NCBI GenBank assembly: GCA_000004695.1
Contig: CM000155.2
Span: 2,240,001-2,304,000 of the forward strand
Reading direction: 5' to 3'
DNA: 64,000 nt
Source of the DNA: Dictyostelium discoideum
Lineage: Eukaryota
Part shown: piece by piece, positions 13,858 through 28,532 of the stretch
Position numbering within the stretch: position 1 is the first letter of the stretch
How the letters are laid out: each line of letters starts with the position of its first letter
Notes under the pieces: model-generated
What the model was told of the DNA's origin: nothing
The model's input: only the letters and a program-made list of their open reading frames with translations
The model's database searches: none
Made by a program: the position numbers and the translations under genes

Positions 13858-14359
13858 TAATGTAATAATAATATTTTCATTAAAGAGTTCAAAATAAAAT
13901 TTTTTTTGTATCCCTTTTTCAAATTTACCCGCCAATATTTTTTTTTTATTATTTTTTTTATTTTTATTATTTTTTTTTTTATTTTGTTTTTATTTTTAAT
14001 TATTTTTTTTTATTATTTTTTTATTTTTTTTTTTATTTTTAAAATAGTGTTCACCTTTAATTATTTTTTTTAGTTTTTTTATTTTTTTTTCATTATTCCA
14101 TACTATTATTTTTATTTTTTTTTTTCAATTTTTTATTTCAATAATTTTTAAAATTTTTTTTTTTTTTTTTTTCATTATTTGTTCTCCCTAAAAAAAAACA
14201 ACTTCACACCAACTTGTTTTTTTACAATATATTATTTCATCTTTAAAGTTTTAATAAAAATAAATATATAAATATTTTTTTTTAAAAAATTGAATAAAAT
14301 AATAATTTATTCAGAAAAAAAAAAAAAAAAAAAAGGGAATAATAAATAAAAAATCAAAT

Positions 14360-15926
14360 ATGGATTCAAAAAATAAGGGTAGGAATGAAGTAAGCACAAA
14401 TGGTAAAACTTCACCACCTCAATCAACTACTCCAACTACTACCACCACCACCACTACAACAACATCATCATCATCATCCTCAGTGGGAAATAAAAGAAAC
14501 GAAAGTCCAACAATTTCATCCAGTGGAAATCAGTCACCAAAATCAATGGAAAATGATAATGAAAATGAGGAAGATGAAGTTATGGAAGAGGAAGAAGTGG
14601 ATGATAATGAAGAGAATGGTAATGATGAGGATGCACCACACCCATTCTTTGATGATGATCAAGTGGACGACGATGAGGATCTTAACGATCCAACCATTCA
14701 AAATGGTATCAATAGAAAAGATGAAACAGAGGAAGCAAGAAATGAGAGATTAGAATCAATTAGATTGGAAAAAGAGAGATTAAAACAAATTAGAGAACAA
14801 CAACGTAAACAATTACAAGAACTTGAAAAGAATCAAAGACAACAATTACAAGAGGATAAAGAGAAATCTGCAAATGCAAGATTAAAATATTTATTGGAAA
14901 GAACTGAAATCTTTACACATTTCGTTTCAAATAGTAATAATAATAATAATACAAAAAAAACAAAAACAAAATCACCAGTTTTATCATCGTCATCAGCATC
15001 ATCATCAAATAACAATAACAATAACAATAACAATGGTTCAATAGTTTCAAGTACCCCAACAAAAAGAGGTCATATAACAGAAGAAGCGGAAGATGAAGCT
15101 ATTATGAATGAAACAATGGAAGAAGAAGAACCACATTCTTTTAACTTTTTTACATCAAGTCCACCATGTATGTTACACACACAATAATAATTCATACCAT
15201 ATAAATTTTTATTATTAATCTTTTTAAAATTTTTTTTTTTTTTTTAAATTATAGATATTAAGTCAGGTACAATGAGAGATTATCAAGTTTATGGTTTAAA
15301 TTGGCTAATTCAATTATATGAAAGAGGTATTAATGGTATTTTAGCGGATGAAATGGGTTTAGGTAAAACATTACAAACAATTTCACTTTTGGGTTATTTA
15401 TCTGAATATAAAGGTATTAGAGGTCCACATTTAATTATTGCACCAAAATCAACACTTTCAGGTTGGGCAAAAGAATTTACAAGATGGTGTCCATTTTTAC
15501 GTGTCGTTAGATTTCATGGTAGTAAAGAAGAAAGAGTAAATAGTTTAAATTATATAGATATTGTTAAATAATCAATAGAGAGATATATATACTAAATTAC
15601 TTTTATTATTATAAATATTTAAACATAAATATATATAGGAAGATATTAAAAAGAATCAATTAATTTTTAAGAAATTTGATGTTTGTATAACTACATATGA
15701 AGTTGCTATTAGAGAGAAATCAACATTTAAAAAGTTTAGTTGGAGATATATTATTATTGATGAAGCACATCGTATTAAAAATGAAAATTCAGTACTTTCA
15801 AAAGGTGTTAGAATGTTTAATAGTCAATTTAGATTATTAATTACTGGTACTCCATTACAAGTAAGTATAAATATATATATAAATATATTTATAATAAATA
15901 ATTAACTTTTATTATTATTATTATTA

Positions 15927-16020
<94 letters not shown>

Positions 16021-18387
16021 TTATTTATTAAGAATAATTTACATGAATTATGGTCATTATTAAACTTTTTATTACCAGATGTTTTTTCATCATCAGATGA
16101 TTTTGATAAATGGTTTGATTTAGCAAATAATACAGAGAATCAACAAGAGGTTATTGATAAATTACATAAAGTTTTAAGACCATTTTTATTAAGAAGAATT
16201 AAAACTGAAGTAGAGAAATCATTACCACCAAAGAAAGAGATTAAATTATTTGTTGGTTTATCAACGATGCAAAAAGAATGGTATAAAAGATTACTTTCAA
16301 AGGATTTGGATGCAGTTGTTGTTGGAGCAAAAGGTAATACAGGTCGTGTTAGATTATTGAATATTTGTATGCAATTAAGAAAGGCATGTAATCATCCTTA
16401 CCTTTTCGATGGTGCAGAGGAAGAACCATACACAACCGGTGAACATTTAATTGACAATAGTGGAAAGATGGCATTATTGGATAAACTATTGAAAAAGTTG
16501 AAAGAAAGAGGATCAAGAGTTTTAATCTTTTCACAAATGTCGCGTATGTTGGATATTTTGGAGGATTATATGTTGTATCGTGGTTATAAGTATGCAAGAA
16601 TCGATGGTTCTACCGAATCGATCGTTAGAGAGAATTCAATTGAAAATTACAATAAACCAGGTTCAGACTTATTTGCATTCCTTTTAACCACCAGAGCCGG
16701 TGGTCTTGGTATCACTTTGAATACAGCCGATATCGTTATCTTGTTTGATAGTGATTGGAACCCACAAATGGATCTTCAAGCACAAGATCGTGCCCATCGT
16801 ATTGGTCAAACTAAACCAGTGACAGTCTACCGTTTTGTGACAGAGAATTCAATGGAGGAGAAAATGGTAGAGAAAGCAGAAATGAAACTTCAATTGGATG
16901 CATTGGTAATTCAACAAGGTCGTCTCGTTGAGGCAAATAAAAATGCAAAACCTGAAGAACTCTTGGCAATGCTTAGATTTGGTGCTGATGATATCTTTAA
17001 GAGTAAATCATCAACCATCACCGACGAGGATATCGATTCCATTCTCAAGAAAGGTGAAGAGAAAACTGAACAACTCAATAGCAAAGTTAAGGATTTAGCC
17101 TCCAATCCATTGAAATTCCAATCCGATGGTAATCTATACATGTTTGATGGCGTAAACTATAAGAATTCTCATTCCAGTGCAGGCTATTGGGCAGAGACAT
17201 TGAAACGTGAGAGAAAAACAGTCGCAGGTACAGTGGCAGCCGATGAAGAAATCGCTCCTGCAAAACCAGTGGTAAAGAGAGAAAGACGTTTCAATAAACC
17301 AAAGCAGACACCAATCTATGATTTCCAATTCTATCCACCAAGATTAACTCAACTCTATGAGAAAGAGAATGAAGCCTACAATAAAAAGGTGGAATGGTAC
17401 GACCAAAAAGATAAAGGTGAACTTCCAGAGGAAGAGGAGGAACCAGACTTTGGTGATCTATCAAAGGAGGAACAAGATCTCAAAGAAAGATTAATTAAAA
17501 CCGGTGGTTTTGGTGATTGGTCAAAAACTGATTTCCGTACTTTTATTCGTGGTTGTGAATTGTATGGTCGTAAGGCTTATCAAAGTATCGCTGAAGAGGT
17601 TCAAACTAAAACTGAAAAAGAGGTTCAACAATATTCTCAAGCATTTTGGAAAAAACACTCTGAGGTTGCCGATCATGAGAAATTGGTTGCACGTATTGAA
17701 AAGGGTGAAGAGAGAATCATGAAATATAAAGAAACTCAAGACTCTTTAAATTATAAGATCAACAAATATAAAAATCCTTGGATTGAATTAAAGATTCAAT
17801 ATGGTTTGAAAAAGAATAAAAACTATAACGACGAGGAGGATATATTTTTGGTTTGTATGTGCCATCGTTTGGGTTATGGTGCCTTTGAAGAATTGAAAGA
17901 GGAAATTAGAAAATCACCACAATTCCGTTTCGATTGGTTCATTCAAACTCGTACTTGTCAAGAATTGAAAGCTCGTGTCGATCAATTACTAAAATATATA
18001 ATCAAAGAACATCAAGAGGAAGTGGAAGCTGCAAAAGAAGCAGAGAAAAGAAAGAAAGAAAAAGAGAAATTAAAATTGGCAGCCTCTGGTGTCACCGCCT
18101 CTAAAGCAAAGACTGAATCTCCAAATAAAACACTTGGTAAGAGAAAAGATGCTCCACCATCAAAACCTCCTGCTAAACCATCTAAAGCTTCTGCTAAATC
18201 AAAACCTGCTCCAAAATCAAAGACTTCCACAACTACAAAACCTACTACTACAAATGGTAGAGGTAAAAAGAAACCTGTTGAAGAAGAAGAACCAATGGAA
18301 GAGGAAGAGGAAGAAGAAGAAGAGGTTGAAGAGGAAGAGGAAGAAGAAGAAGTTAAAGTTCCACTCAAAAAGAGACAAGTTAAATAA
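14360..18387 (+). CDS. isw: ISWI-type SNF2-family chromatin-remodelling ATPase. It has 4 exons: 14360..15167, 15255..15535, 15639..15860 and 16033..18387, giving 1221 aa. Intron 3 contains a roughly 120 bp (ATT)n microsatellite.
   Basis: Exon 1 carries the ISWI N-terminal AutoN-like motif ([15 protein letters not shown]). The exon 1/2 junction gives [21 protein letters not shown]... (human SPSYVKGGTLRDYQ). The helicase motifs are [25 protein letters not shown]|[16 protein letters not shown] (split across intron 3) and the C-terminal helicase lobe [14 protein letters not shown]. The C-terminus has HAND-SANT-SLIDE ([14 protein letters not shown]...). All four junctions were phase-checked. The 1221 aa size agrees with my memory of Dictyostelium Isw. 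Confidence 0.9.
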
Positions 18388-18614
18388 AAAAAAAAAAAAA
18401 AAAAATTAAATAAAAAAAAATAAATACAATCTTAAAAATTCAAACAAAACAATGTATCATTTTTCGTTTATAATTGTTTAAAGGGTTAAGTTTTGTTGTT
18501 TTTTTGTTTTTAGCAGGAATTGTTTAGTTTTTTAAGTCGGAAAGCAAAAAATTCTTTGGAGCCAAATAATTAAAAAAAGGTTAAAAATCGATATTAAAAT
18601 TTTTTTTTCAACAT

Positions 18615-18686
18615 GTTTCGATAGCTCAGTGGAAGAGCAAGCGACTGCAAATCGTTAGGTCGCCAGTTCAATCCTGGTTCGGAACT
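18615..18686 (+). tRNA. tRNA-Cys (anticodon GCA)
   Basis: GTTTCGATAGCTCAGTGGAAGAGCAAGCGACTGCAAATCGTTAGGTCGCCAGTTCAATCCTGGTTCGGAAC folds as a cloverleaf. It has a 7 bp acceptor stem, D arm GCTC/GAGC, anticodon stem AGCGA/TCGTT with loop CTGCAAA, and T arm GCCAG-TTCAATC-CTGGT. A T-rich Pol III terminator follows. Confidence 0.9.
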
Positions 18687-19081
18687 TTCTTTTTGGGGAA
18701 ATCAATCTTGTTATTGTTTCATATTAAAAAGTTTTCTTTTTGAAATTTTAATATGTTATTAGATTCTTTTTTAAAATTTTGGTTTGTTAGTTTGTTTGAA
18801 ATCTTCCCCAATCTCATAGGAATAATAGCACACCAATTATGGAAGATAATCTGTCACAAATTGTTCAACACTGATGAAAGCAAACCAGAGCCAAAATTCG
18901 AACAAAAGGTCATAGAAACAGAATTACTAAATCTCATCGAAACTGAAAAATTCATCACACTAAAGAAAATCAAACACGACGAAGCAATACTAAAAAATAC
19001 AAATCAAGATCTTCACAAATACAAATTCAACAAAGCCTGGCAAACCCCAGCAGCTCCGAACCCTCTTCCAATTTAAGTAGT

Positions 19082-19144
<63 letters not shown>

Positions 19145-19300
19145 GTTTAAAAAATTTAATACAATTGAATAATAAAAATAAAACCGTTTAACAAACACCG
19201 CCGAAAAGACACAAGGACATTCCTTGAAGGTCTGATCACAGGTAAAAAAAAAAAAAAAAAAGTTTGTTAGTTTGTGAGATATTTATTTTTATTAAATTTT

Positions 19301-19651
19301 TAATTTCCACCTCTTAATACAAAATGGAGTGTGGATTCTTTTTGAATGTTATAATCTGATAAAGTACTACCTTCCTCTAATTGTTTACCAGCAAAAATAA
19401 ATCTATGTTGATCTGGTGGAATACCTTCTTTATTTTAATCTTACTATTAAATGGACTGTGGATTCCATTCGAATGTTATAATATAATAAAGTATGAACAT
19501 CCTCTAATTGTTTACCTGCAAAAATTAAAATTTGTTGATCTGGTGGAATACCTTCTTTTTCTTGAATTCTAGATTTAACCTTTTCAATAGTATCTGAATT
19601 TTTAACTTGTAATTCGAAAGTTTTACCAACTAATGAAACATAAATATACAT
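19301..19651 (-). pseudogene. Ubiquitin-like gene with an internal partial tandem duplication. A diverged full-length copy (19436..19651, [73 protein letters not shown]) is followed directly, out of frame, by a second C-terminal half (19304..19435, [43 protein letters not shown]) that is nearly identical to canonical ubiquitin.
   Basis: Minus-strand translation shows the two segments in different frames, separated by a TAA. The second is about 90% identical to ubiquitin residues 27-76 and ends GGN, like the last unit of a polyubiquitin precursor. Confidence 0.55.
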
Positions 19652-20160
19652 GTTGCTGTTGTTATTTTTATAATAATAATAATAATAATTAAAGTGTTTT
19701 ATAAAATAATTTGTTGGTTTGGTTTAATTGAAAATAAAAAAAAAAAAAAACCTTTTAATTTTATAAATAAAAATTTATCTCCATTGTTATTACTACTCTT
19801 GCAAGAGACATTCAAAAAAAAAAAAAAAATCTTAAATTTGTAAGCATGACTCATAATTAAAAAAAAAAAACAAATTTCTCCAATTTTCCAAATTTATTGA
19901 GGGAACTCTAAAAAAAAAAAAAGGCAAAATTTAATAAATTGGGTACCTCGACAAAAAAAAAATATAAAATTAAAAGTAATCATTTATTATTTAATTAATG
20001 TAAATGACCTAATAATGATTATAATCAATCACTTTTTCTAAATAAAATTTTTTTATTATCACTTGTTGAAAAGAGATTACAAAAAAAAAAAAAAAAAAAA
20101 AAATTAAAAAAAAAAAAGAAAAATTATTTACTTAACCACGATAAAAAAAATAAAATAAAA

Positions 20161-20245
20161 ATTAAACCAAACTAAATCAAATCAAATCAAATCAAATCAA
20201 ATCAAATCAAATCAAATCAAATCAAATCAAATCAAATCAAATCGA
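20161..20245. repeat. (AAATC)n pentanucleotide microsatellite, about 17 units
   Basis: A run of aaatcaaatcaaatc... is directly visible. The last units degenerate to gaatc/taatc. Confidence 0.9.
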
Positions 20246-21063
20246 ATCTAATCAAATTAAATTAAACAAAATCAAAAAAAAAAAAAAAAAAAAAAAATTA
20301 ATTATATAAAAAAATAAAATTGTATAAAAACAAACTATACTTACTGAACCTACAAATTTTTATTAATCATAGAAAGAAATTTTTATGTTATCAAATATCA
20401 TTATTTTTTTTTTTTTTTTTATTTTTTTTTTTTTAATATGAATTTGTAATTTTATTAAAATGTTATTTTAAAAAATGTGGTTGCTAAATTAATTGAAACT
20501 TTTTTAATATAAAAACTTATTGTGTTTTTTTGTGTTTATTTGATTTTTTTGTTTTTATTTTTTTTCTCACCTAAATAAAAAAAAAATAAAAAATAAAATA
20601 AAAAATTAATGAAAAAGGTCGAACACCGGTTGTAGGTTTTGTTGCATCTGTAAAATCAATTATTTATTCTTATAATCAATTATTCATTCACAATCACCGG
20701 CCTCATCAAATTCATTTACATGACCCCATTAGATTTCAATTTGTTTAATCAGATTATTTAGATATGTACATATCACAAAAAGGAATTCCAAAGGTGTATA
20801 ACAAATCACCAGTACATCAATTATCTACATTACTATCATTTTTATAAACATTTTACCATTTACTCCCTTATTTCTGTGATATAGAATTTAGGTTACAATC
20901 AATTACGATAATCCATCATTATGAATTATAATTCCACGTCTATATTTAAATTTTAATTTTTTAATATGAATTTGGATTCTTTTTTTTTTAAATTTTGGTT
21001 AGTTGGTTTGTAAGATTAAAAGGAAATTAATAAACTAGAAGATGTTTAGTTTTATTTAATTTT

Positions 21064-21297
21064 TTAATTTCCTCCTCTTAATCTAAGTGATAAATTGATT
21101 GTGGAACCCGGTTGAATTTTTAATTCTCCTAAAGTACGACCATTCTCTAATTTTTTACCTAAGAAAGATAATGTTTGTTGATCAATTGGAACACCTTCTC
21201 TTCCTTCAATTACAGCTTTAACCCTTTCAATAGTATCTGTTTCTTTAAATTCGTATGAGACGGCGGAATTACCAACTTTTTTAACAAAAATTTGCAT
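21064..21297 (-). CDS. Diverged ubiquitin-like protein, 77 aa with an intact ORF ([77 protein letters not shown])
   Basis: It has a ubiquitin fold signature, MQIFVK...LRLRGG plus a terminal N, and is about 40% identical to ubiquitin. It is the second unit of a tandem array of roughly 1.4 kb units that share 3' flank motifs (taatatgaatttggat..., gtaagattaaaagg, agatgtttagttttatt). Confidence 0.6.
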   Translation of the reverse strand: MQIFVKKVGNSAVSYEFKETDTIERVKAVIEGREGVPIDQQTLSFLGKKLENGRTLGELKIQPGSTINLSLRLRGGN

Positions 21298-22459
21298 GCT
21301 GTTGTCGTTTCAATAATTATAATAAAAATAATAATTATAATTATAAAAATAAAAATTATAAAAATAATAATAATAATAAAAATAATAATAATAATAATAA
21401 CAATAATAATAAGGTTTTATTTATTATTTATTATTTATCATTACCATTGAAAATAATTATAAACCTTTTTCTATTTTTTTTTTTTTTTAAAATTTTTTAA
21501 AAAATTACTAAAAAGAGTTAATTTCATTTTTTTAATTTTTAGTCATTATTATGTGAAAAATAATTTTTATTTTTTATTTTTGTGGGATAATAATAAAATT
21601 TTTTAAATTAACTTTATCAATAGGCATGATTCATAATTTTTTGTGGTGTTGGAATTAAAAAAAAATAAAATGCGAGCGATTACTTTTTGAGGTTTTAAAA
21701 AAAAAGTTGCAAACAACTAACCATTGCCTCATAAATTACTTTTCACCGTTTTAATTCAAAAATTATAATATCTGCAAGATCAACCTAAAAATTTCTAACA
21801 AAATAAAAAATTGGAAATTTTTAAAATATTTAACTCCATTATTTCAGTGATAGAGAGTTTAGGTTACAATAAATATTATTCATCATGAATAATATACCGC
21901 GTTTAATAATTCTTCATCTGTATTTGATTGTAACCTAAACCCTCTACCCCACTTACAAGTATATCTAACTTTTAAAATAGAAATTAATTAAAAATTAAAT
22001 AATTAATTAATTGAAAAAAGAGTATCAAGTTAAAGACACTCTATCCGCTACGAATAAAATAAATTTTAAAAATAAAAAAAAAAAATATTATTTTTGAATT
22101 ATTTTTATATTTTTTTTATATAATTTTTATATTAATAGATAAATAACCTTTTCTTAAACAAAATTTCACTACAACTATATGGCCAATGATATCTGGTAAA
22201 AGAAAAATTTTTTTTTTTTTTTTTAAAAATTTTAATTCAAAAATTAATTTTCTGTATAGATTATTTTAAAATACAAGTTTTCAATTAAATAGCAACATAT
22301 CTATTAATAACTTTGGTGATGAGGTTAAATTTTAAAATTTTATTTTTTAATATGAATTTGGATCCTTTTTTTTAAAATTTTATTTTGTTTGTAAGATTAA
22401 AAGGAAAATAATAAACAAGAAGATGTTTAGTTTTATTAAATTTTTTATATAAAACATCT

Positions 22460-22648
22460 TAATTTGGATTTTAAACTGACTGTGGAATCTGGATAAATTT
22501 TATATTAGTCTAAAGTACGACCATATTTGTTGATCTGTTGGAGTACCTTCTTTTGTTGAATTTTAGCTTTAACCTTTTCAATAGTATCTGTTTCAGTAAC
22601 TTGGTATGTGCTGGTTTGTATACCAACTATCTGGACAAAAAGTTTCAT
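22460..22648 (-). pseudogene. Degenerate third ubiquitin-like copy (MKLFVQIVGIQTSTYQVTETDTIEKVKAKIQQKK..., truncated)
   Basis: It has the same flanking motifs as the 21064..21297 unit (…gtttgtaagattaaaaggaaaataataaacaagaagatgtttagttttatt…). The ORF loses frame after about 45 codons and lacks the GKQLEDG...RGG portion. Confidence 0.5.
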
Positions 22649-23233
22649 GTTGCTGTTGTTGTTTTAAAATTATAATTATAGGTTTTTATAAAAATAAAAA
22701 ATAATTTGAAAAAAAAATAAAAAATTGGAAATTTCAAAAATATAATTTAAATACCTTATTTCAGTGATTGGATGTTTAAGTTACAGGTGATGAATTAAAT
22801 ACCTCATTTAATAATTAGTCATCTGTATTTGATTATAACCCTATGAACATTGGAAAGAGTGCATTCATTAATTCAAGTTAAAGACACTCTGTTCACTATG
22901 AATAAAATAAGTATTAAAATAAAAAATAAAAAATTAAAATTAAAAAAATTATTAATTGAGCTCAATTCGAATAATAATTAAGATACTATAGTAATATTTA
23001 ATAACTTTTTTTTTTTTTTTTTTAATATTATTTGCAAACCCAAAAAAAAAAAAAAAAAAAAAAAAAAAATAAATAAATAAACTCATTTTATAAACAATAT
23101 TGACTTTTGGTGTCCATAAAATAACTGGAAAGATTTAAAAAAAATTAAAAATGTGGAATGAGATCAATCTATTACTATATTTAAAATTAAAAAATTAAAT
23201 TGGAATTGTGCGATAAAAAATACCCTCTAAAAT

Positions 23234-23278
<45 letters not shown>

Positions 23279-24368
23279 TCATTTACATTAATTAAACAAT
23301 CTTTATTTAGGTTATTTTTAAAAGTAAATTCAAACTATTAATAAAAAGATAAAATCGGATTTCGATAATTTTAATTTTATAAATATATTTTTTAGTATTG
23401 TTTTTTTTTTTTTAAGTTATTTTATATTATTTACAACTAACATTTTTTTTTTTTTTTAAGTTATTTTATATTATTTTATATTATTTTTATATTATTTTTA
23501 TATTATTTTTATATTATTTTTATATTAATAGATAAATCACCTTTTCTTAAACAAAATTTCACTACAATTATATGGCTAATGATATAAATCTAATCAAAGA
23601 AATTTTTTTTTTTTTTTTTTTTTTAAAAAATAATAGTTTTCGTTTTAAATTAAAAATTAATTTTCTGTATAGATTATTTTAAAATACAAGTTTTCAATTA
23701 AATAACAACACATCTATTACCAAGTTTGTTAAAAAATTACCAAGAAATAAATTAAAAAATATTTGTGGTTATAGTGTGTATGTAAATGCTTAAAAAAAAA
23801 AAATAAAGCTAAGGAAAAAAAAAAAAATCTACAAACCACACATATTTTAACACACTCACACACACACGCATACACACTAAAAACTATTTTTACTATTGAA
23901 ATATATAAAGACATAATCAAAAATAACAACAACTACCATTCAAGATGAATCGTAATTTTTTTTTTTTTAAAAACGTCTTCCACATTTTATATGTTAAGAC
24001 TATTTAATATATATTTTATTTAATTAATTTTAAAATTTTTAAAATAATGGATTATATTATTGTTATTTAAAGGAAAAAAATAAATAAATAAATAAAAATA
24101 ATAGTTAAAAATAAAAAACAAATAATAAAGTAATAATAAAAAAAAAAAAAAAGGTTATTTTATTTTAAACAATTCGATTGAATAAAATCAATTTTCCTTA
24201 AAAAAAAAAATAAAAATAAAAAAATAAAAAAAAGAATTAAATTTTATAGAATCCTATAAAAATTTTGTAATATTATTATTTATTTTTTAATTTATTTATT
24301 TAATTATTTATTTTTTTTCTTATTTTTAAAAAAACTAAAAAATAAATAAAAAAAAAAAAAATAATTGA

Positions 24369-24404
<36 letters not shown>

Positions 24405-24408
<4 letters not shown>

Positions 24409-26712
24409 GAAATATAAATAAAAAATTATTTTACTTTTTAATTCAATTAATAACAATTCTAATTGTTTTATCAGATGGTAAATATTTAAATTATATTTTT
24501 AATATTTTATATGATTTTTTTATTAACTATTATTTTTTAAAAAGATTCATATAATAGTTTATTACCACTTGAAAAGGATATAGCAGTTATAATTAGGGAT
24601 TTATCACCACAAACCAATCCAGATTTTGAAATTGATAATCCAAATCGTGTTATAAAAGGGTTAGTTAAGGATCAATTGAATGAAGAAGATCGTAGTCCAA
24701 TTTATTGTTGTGGAGATGATCATGCACCAAATATCGATAGAAATAGATTTGTAATACATAATCAAAGTACATTTTATAGTTGGTTTCATAATCAAAAGGA
24801 TGTTAATATTGTAATTTCCAAATCATTAGTATTCACTAGAAATGTTACATCTGATGATCCAAGAATTTACTCTTATGAAAGTGATAATTTCTTTCCAATT
24901 GATAAGATGGGTTTTGAAGCAGATTCATACAATGGACCAATAAAAAAGAATCAATGGAAGGATAGATGGGGATTTCCAAGAAATTTCCATTTCTGCTTAG
25001 AGTTACATGCTTCATTTTTCTATATTGGTGGTGAATTATTCAGTTTCAAAGGTGATGATGATGTTTGGGTATTCATTGATAATCGTTTGGTATTGGATTT
25101 GGGTGCACCACATGATGTGTCTGGTCAAAATGGTCAAGGATCTGTATATTTGGATAATTTAGGTTTAGAGAAGAGTAAGAGTTACAATTTCGATTTCTTC
25201 TATTGTGAGCGTCATACAACCGATTCTCATATTATGGTTGAGACAAGTATAGATTTCAAATGTAAATACTATGACTATTGTGGTGTTTGTGAAGGTATGG
25301 GTAAATGTTGTAATCCTTCAGAGTGTTATGGTAGTTTGCCTGCATGTGGCCATTTCGAATGTCCAGGTTTAACTGATATCGCTCCAAATGTTGATTGGCG
25401 TTATCATTGTAAAGTTGTAGTTCCAAATTGTTCCCTCTCTGATACATTCTGTGTTAAACATCAATGTGACCCTGATAGTAAACAATGTGTACCATCCACT
25501 GATTATCAACCATGTCAAGGTAAATCCAATAGTTCTTGTATCGAAGCCCGTTGTGATGATAAAATGGGTGGTTGTTACTTAAAGAGTAAACCAAAGGATC
25601 AATCTAAAAATGATACAACTTGTTATCGTGAAACTTGTAATGAAGATACTAGCACTTGGGAGTATAAAGCACTTTGTGAAGATGATTCTGATAAATGTAT
25701 TTCAAAGAAATGTATTCCAAATTCTGGTTGCTCCAGTAGCGTTGTTGATTGTAATGATAACAATCATTGTACCATCGATAGTTGTTCAAAGGATACTGGT
25801 TGCATTCATGACCCAATTGAAAATTGTGTACCATGTGTTGAAGGCAATAAATGTTCAGAATCCAGTGATAAATGTCAACAATTGGAATGTAATCCATACA
25901 ATAGTACAACGGAATGTATTGATCGTACTAAAAAGAATTGTGATGATTCAAATGCTTGTACTATTGATACTTGTAATGGTGAAAGTGGTGAATGTGAAAA
26001 TACTCCAAAACAATGTCTTGCTAAAAATAAATGCTCCACTGCACGTTGTAACTCTAAAACAGGCCAATGTGATAATATCTATCATTGTGATGATGGTATA
26101 CTTTGTACTCTCGATAAATGTTCAGAAAATGGTACTTGCTATTATGAAGCAAATCCATGTGATGATGGTGATCAATGTACAATTGACATTTGTTTGAATA
26201 CTCTAACTGAAACTGGTGGTTGCTCTCACAGTGCTCGTGTTTGTGAACCAAAAAATTCATGTTTTACAAGTCATTGTGATAAAAAGTTGGGTTGTGTTCA
26301 AACTCCAATTGAATGCCCAGTTGAAGCTTTCTGTTTAATTAGTTTCTGTGATAATTCAACAAAGAAATGTATGACCGCTGATAGACCATGTATTCCTGAT
26401 GATCCACGTTGTCAATATGGTGTTTGTGATAACGATACCAAAGCTTGTATTTTTAAAGACTATGATCCATTACCATTTAAATGTCAATCTGCTGCTGTTA
26501 AAGCTGCCGTTGGTGTTGGTGCTGGTGCTGCAGCTGGTATTGCCATTGGTGGTGCAATTGCATTAGGTCTTGCTGCTTTTGGTGGTAAACGTGGTTATGA
26601 TGCTTGGAAATCCTCAAGAGATAATCAAATCCAAACTTCTTCTGAAAATCCATTATATAATCCAAATCCAAATCAAGGTGATAATCCACTTTATGCTGCT
26701 AATAATTCTTGA
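24405..26712 (+). CDS. PA14-domain, cysteine-rich type I membrane protein (Dictyostelium Psi/PA14 family-like). It has 2 exons: 24405..24477 (signal peptide MGNINKKLFYFLIQLITILIVLSD) and 24545..26712.
   Basis: The PA14 core reads LELHASFFYIGGELFSFKGDDDVWVFIDNRLVLDLGAPH...YNFDFFYCERHT. It is followed by about 20 Cys-rich C-x-D-x-N/D-x-C-T-x-D-x-C repeats, a hydrophobic Gly/Ala-rich TM segment, and a short cytoplasmic tail with two NPxY motifs (NPLYNPNPNQGDNPLY). Donor GAT G|GTAAAT and acceptor AAAG|AT reconstitute a GAT codon. Confidence 0.75.
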
Positions 26713-26717
26713 TAAAG

Positions 26718-26749
<32 letters not shown>

Positions 26750-26834
26750 TATTTGTTTTTTTTTTTTAAAAAAAAAATCATTTCATTTTAAAGATATATA
26801 TATTTATGTAAAAAAAATAAAAATAAAAATAAAA

Positions 26835-26878
<44 letters not shown>

Positions 26879-27209
26879 TTGCTCTATTTTAAAATTTAAT
26901 TTTTATTTTATTTTATTTTAATATTTATTTTAGATTTAAAACAAATTTATAAATAATATTTTTATATTTGATAATCGTTTAGGTTTAAAATAAAGTTTTA
27001 AAATAATATTTTTTTTATTTTTTTTTATTTTTTTTTGCCTCCAACTGATAATAAAATTCATACTTTTTTTTTTTCATTTTCTTTTCATTTTTTTTTTTTT
27101 TTTTTTTTTTTTTTCATTTCTCAAAAATTTGTAAAACTAAATATATTTGTATTTTGTATTTATATATGTATATTTAAAAAAAAAAAAAAGGGGAAAGATA
27201 TAAGAAAGA

Positions 27210-28332
<1,123 letters not shown>

Positions 28333-28532
28333 AGAATCTTTTTTTTTTTTTTTGTTTTTTTTTTTTTTTTTCAATAATAAAATTTATTTATTCCAAACAA
28401 AAATATTTTTAATATTATTTTAATTGTATATTCATATCTAAACTACATTAATTAAAATTTATCTTAACAAAAAAAAAAAATAAAAATAATAAAAAAAAAA
28501 AAAAACGAAAAAAATACTCTAACTTGAAAACT

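Noticed and set aside
18753-19076. A 107 aa ORF immediately downstream of tRNA-Cys (MLLDSFLKFWFVSLFEIFPN...)
   Set aside because: It has no recognisable family. Its 5' part overlaps the aaattttggtttgttagtttg flank motif shared with the ubiquitin-like repeat units, so it is more likely non-coding unit flank. I looked for TRE3-type tRNA-targeted retroelement ORFs (RT/EN) and found none.
23760-23890. A CA-rich imperfect inverted repeat (tagtgtgtatg ... catacacacta) between the ubl array and the PA14 gene
   Set aside because: It is short, imperfect and low-complexity (CA/TG). It is plausibly a chance palindrome, which is not enough to call a feature.
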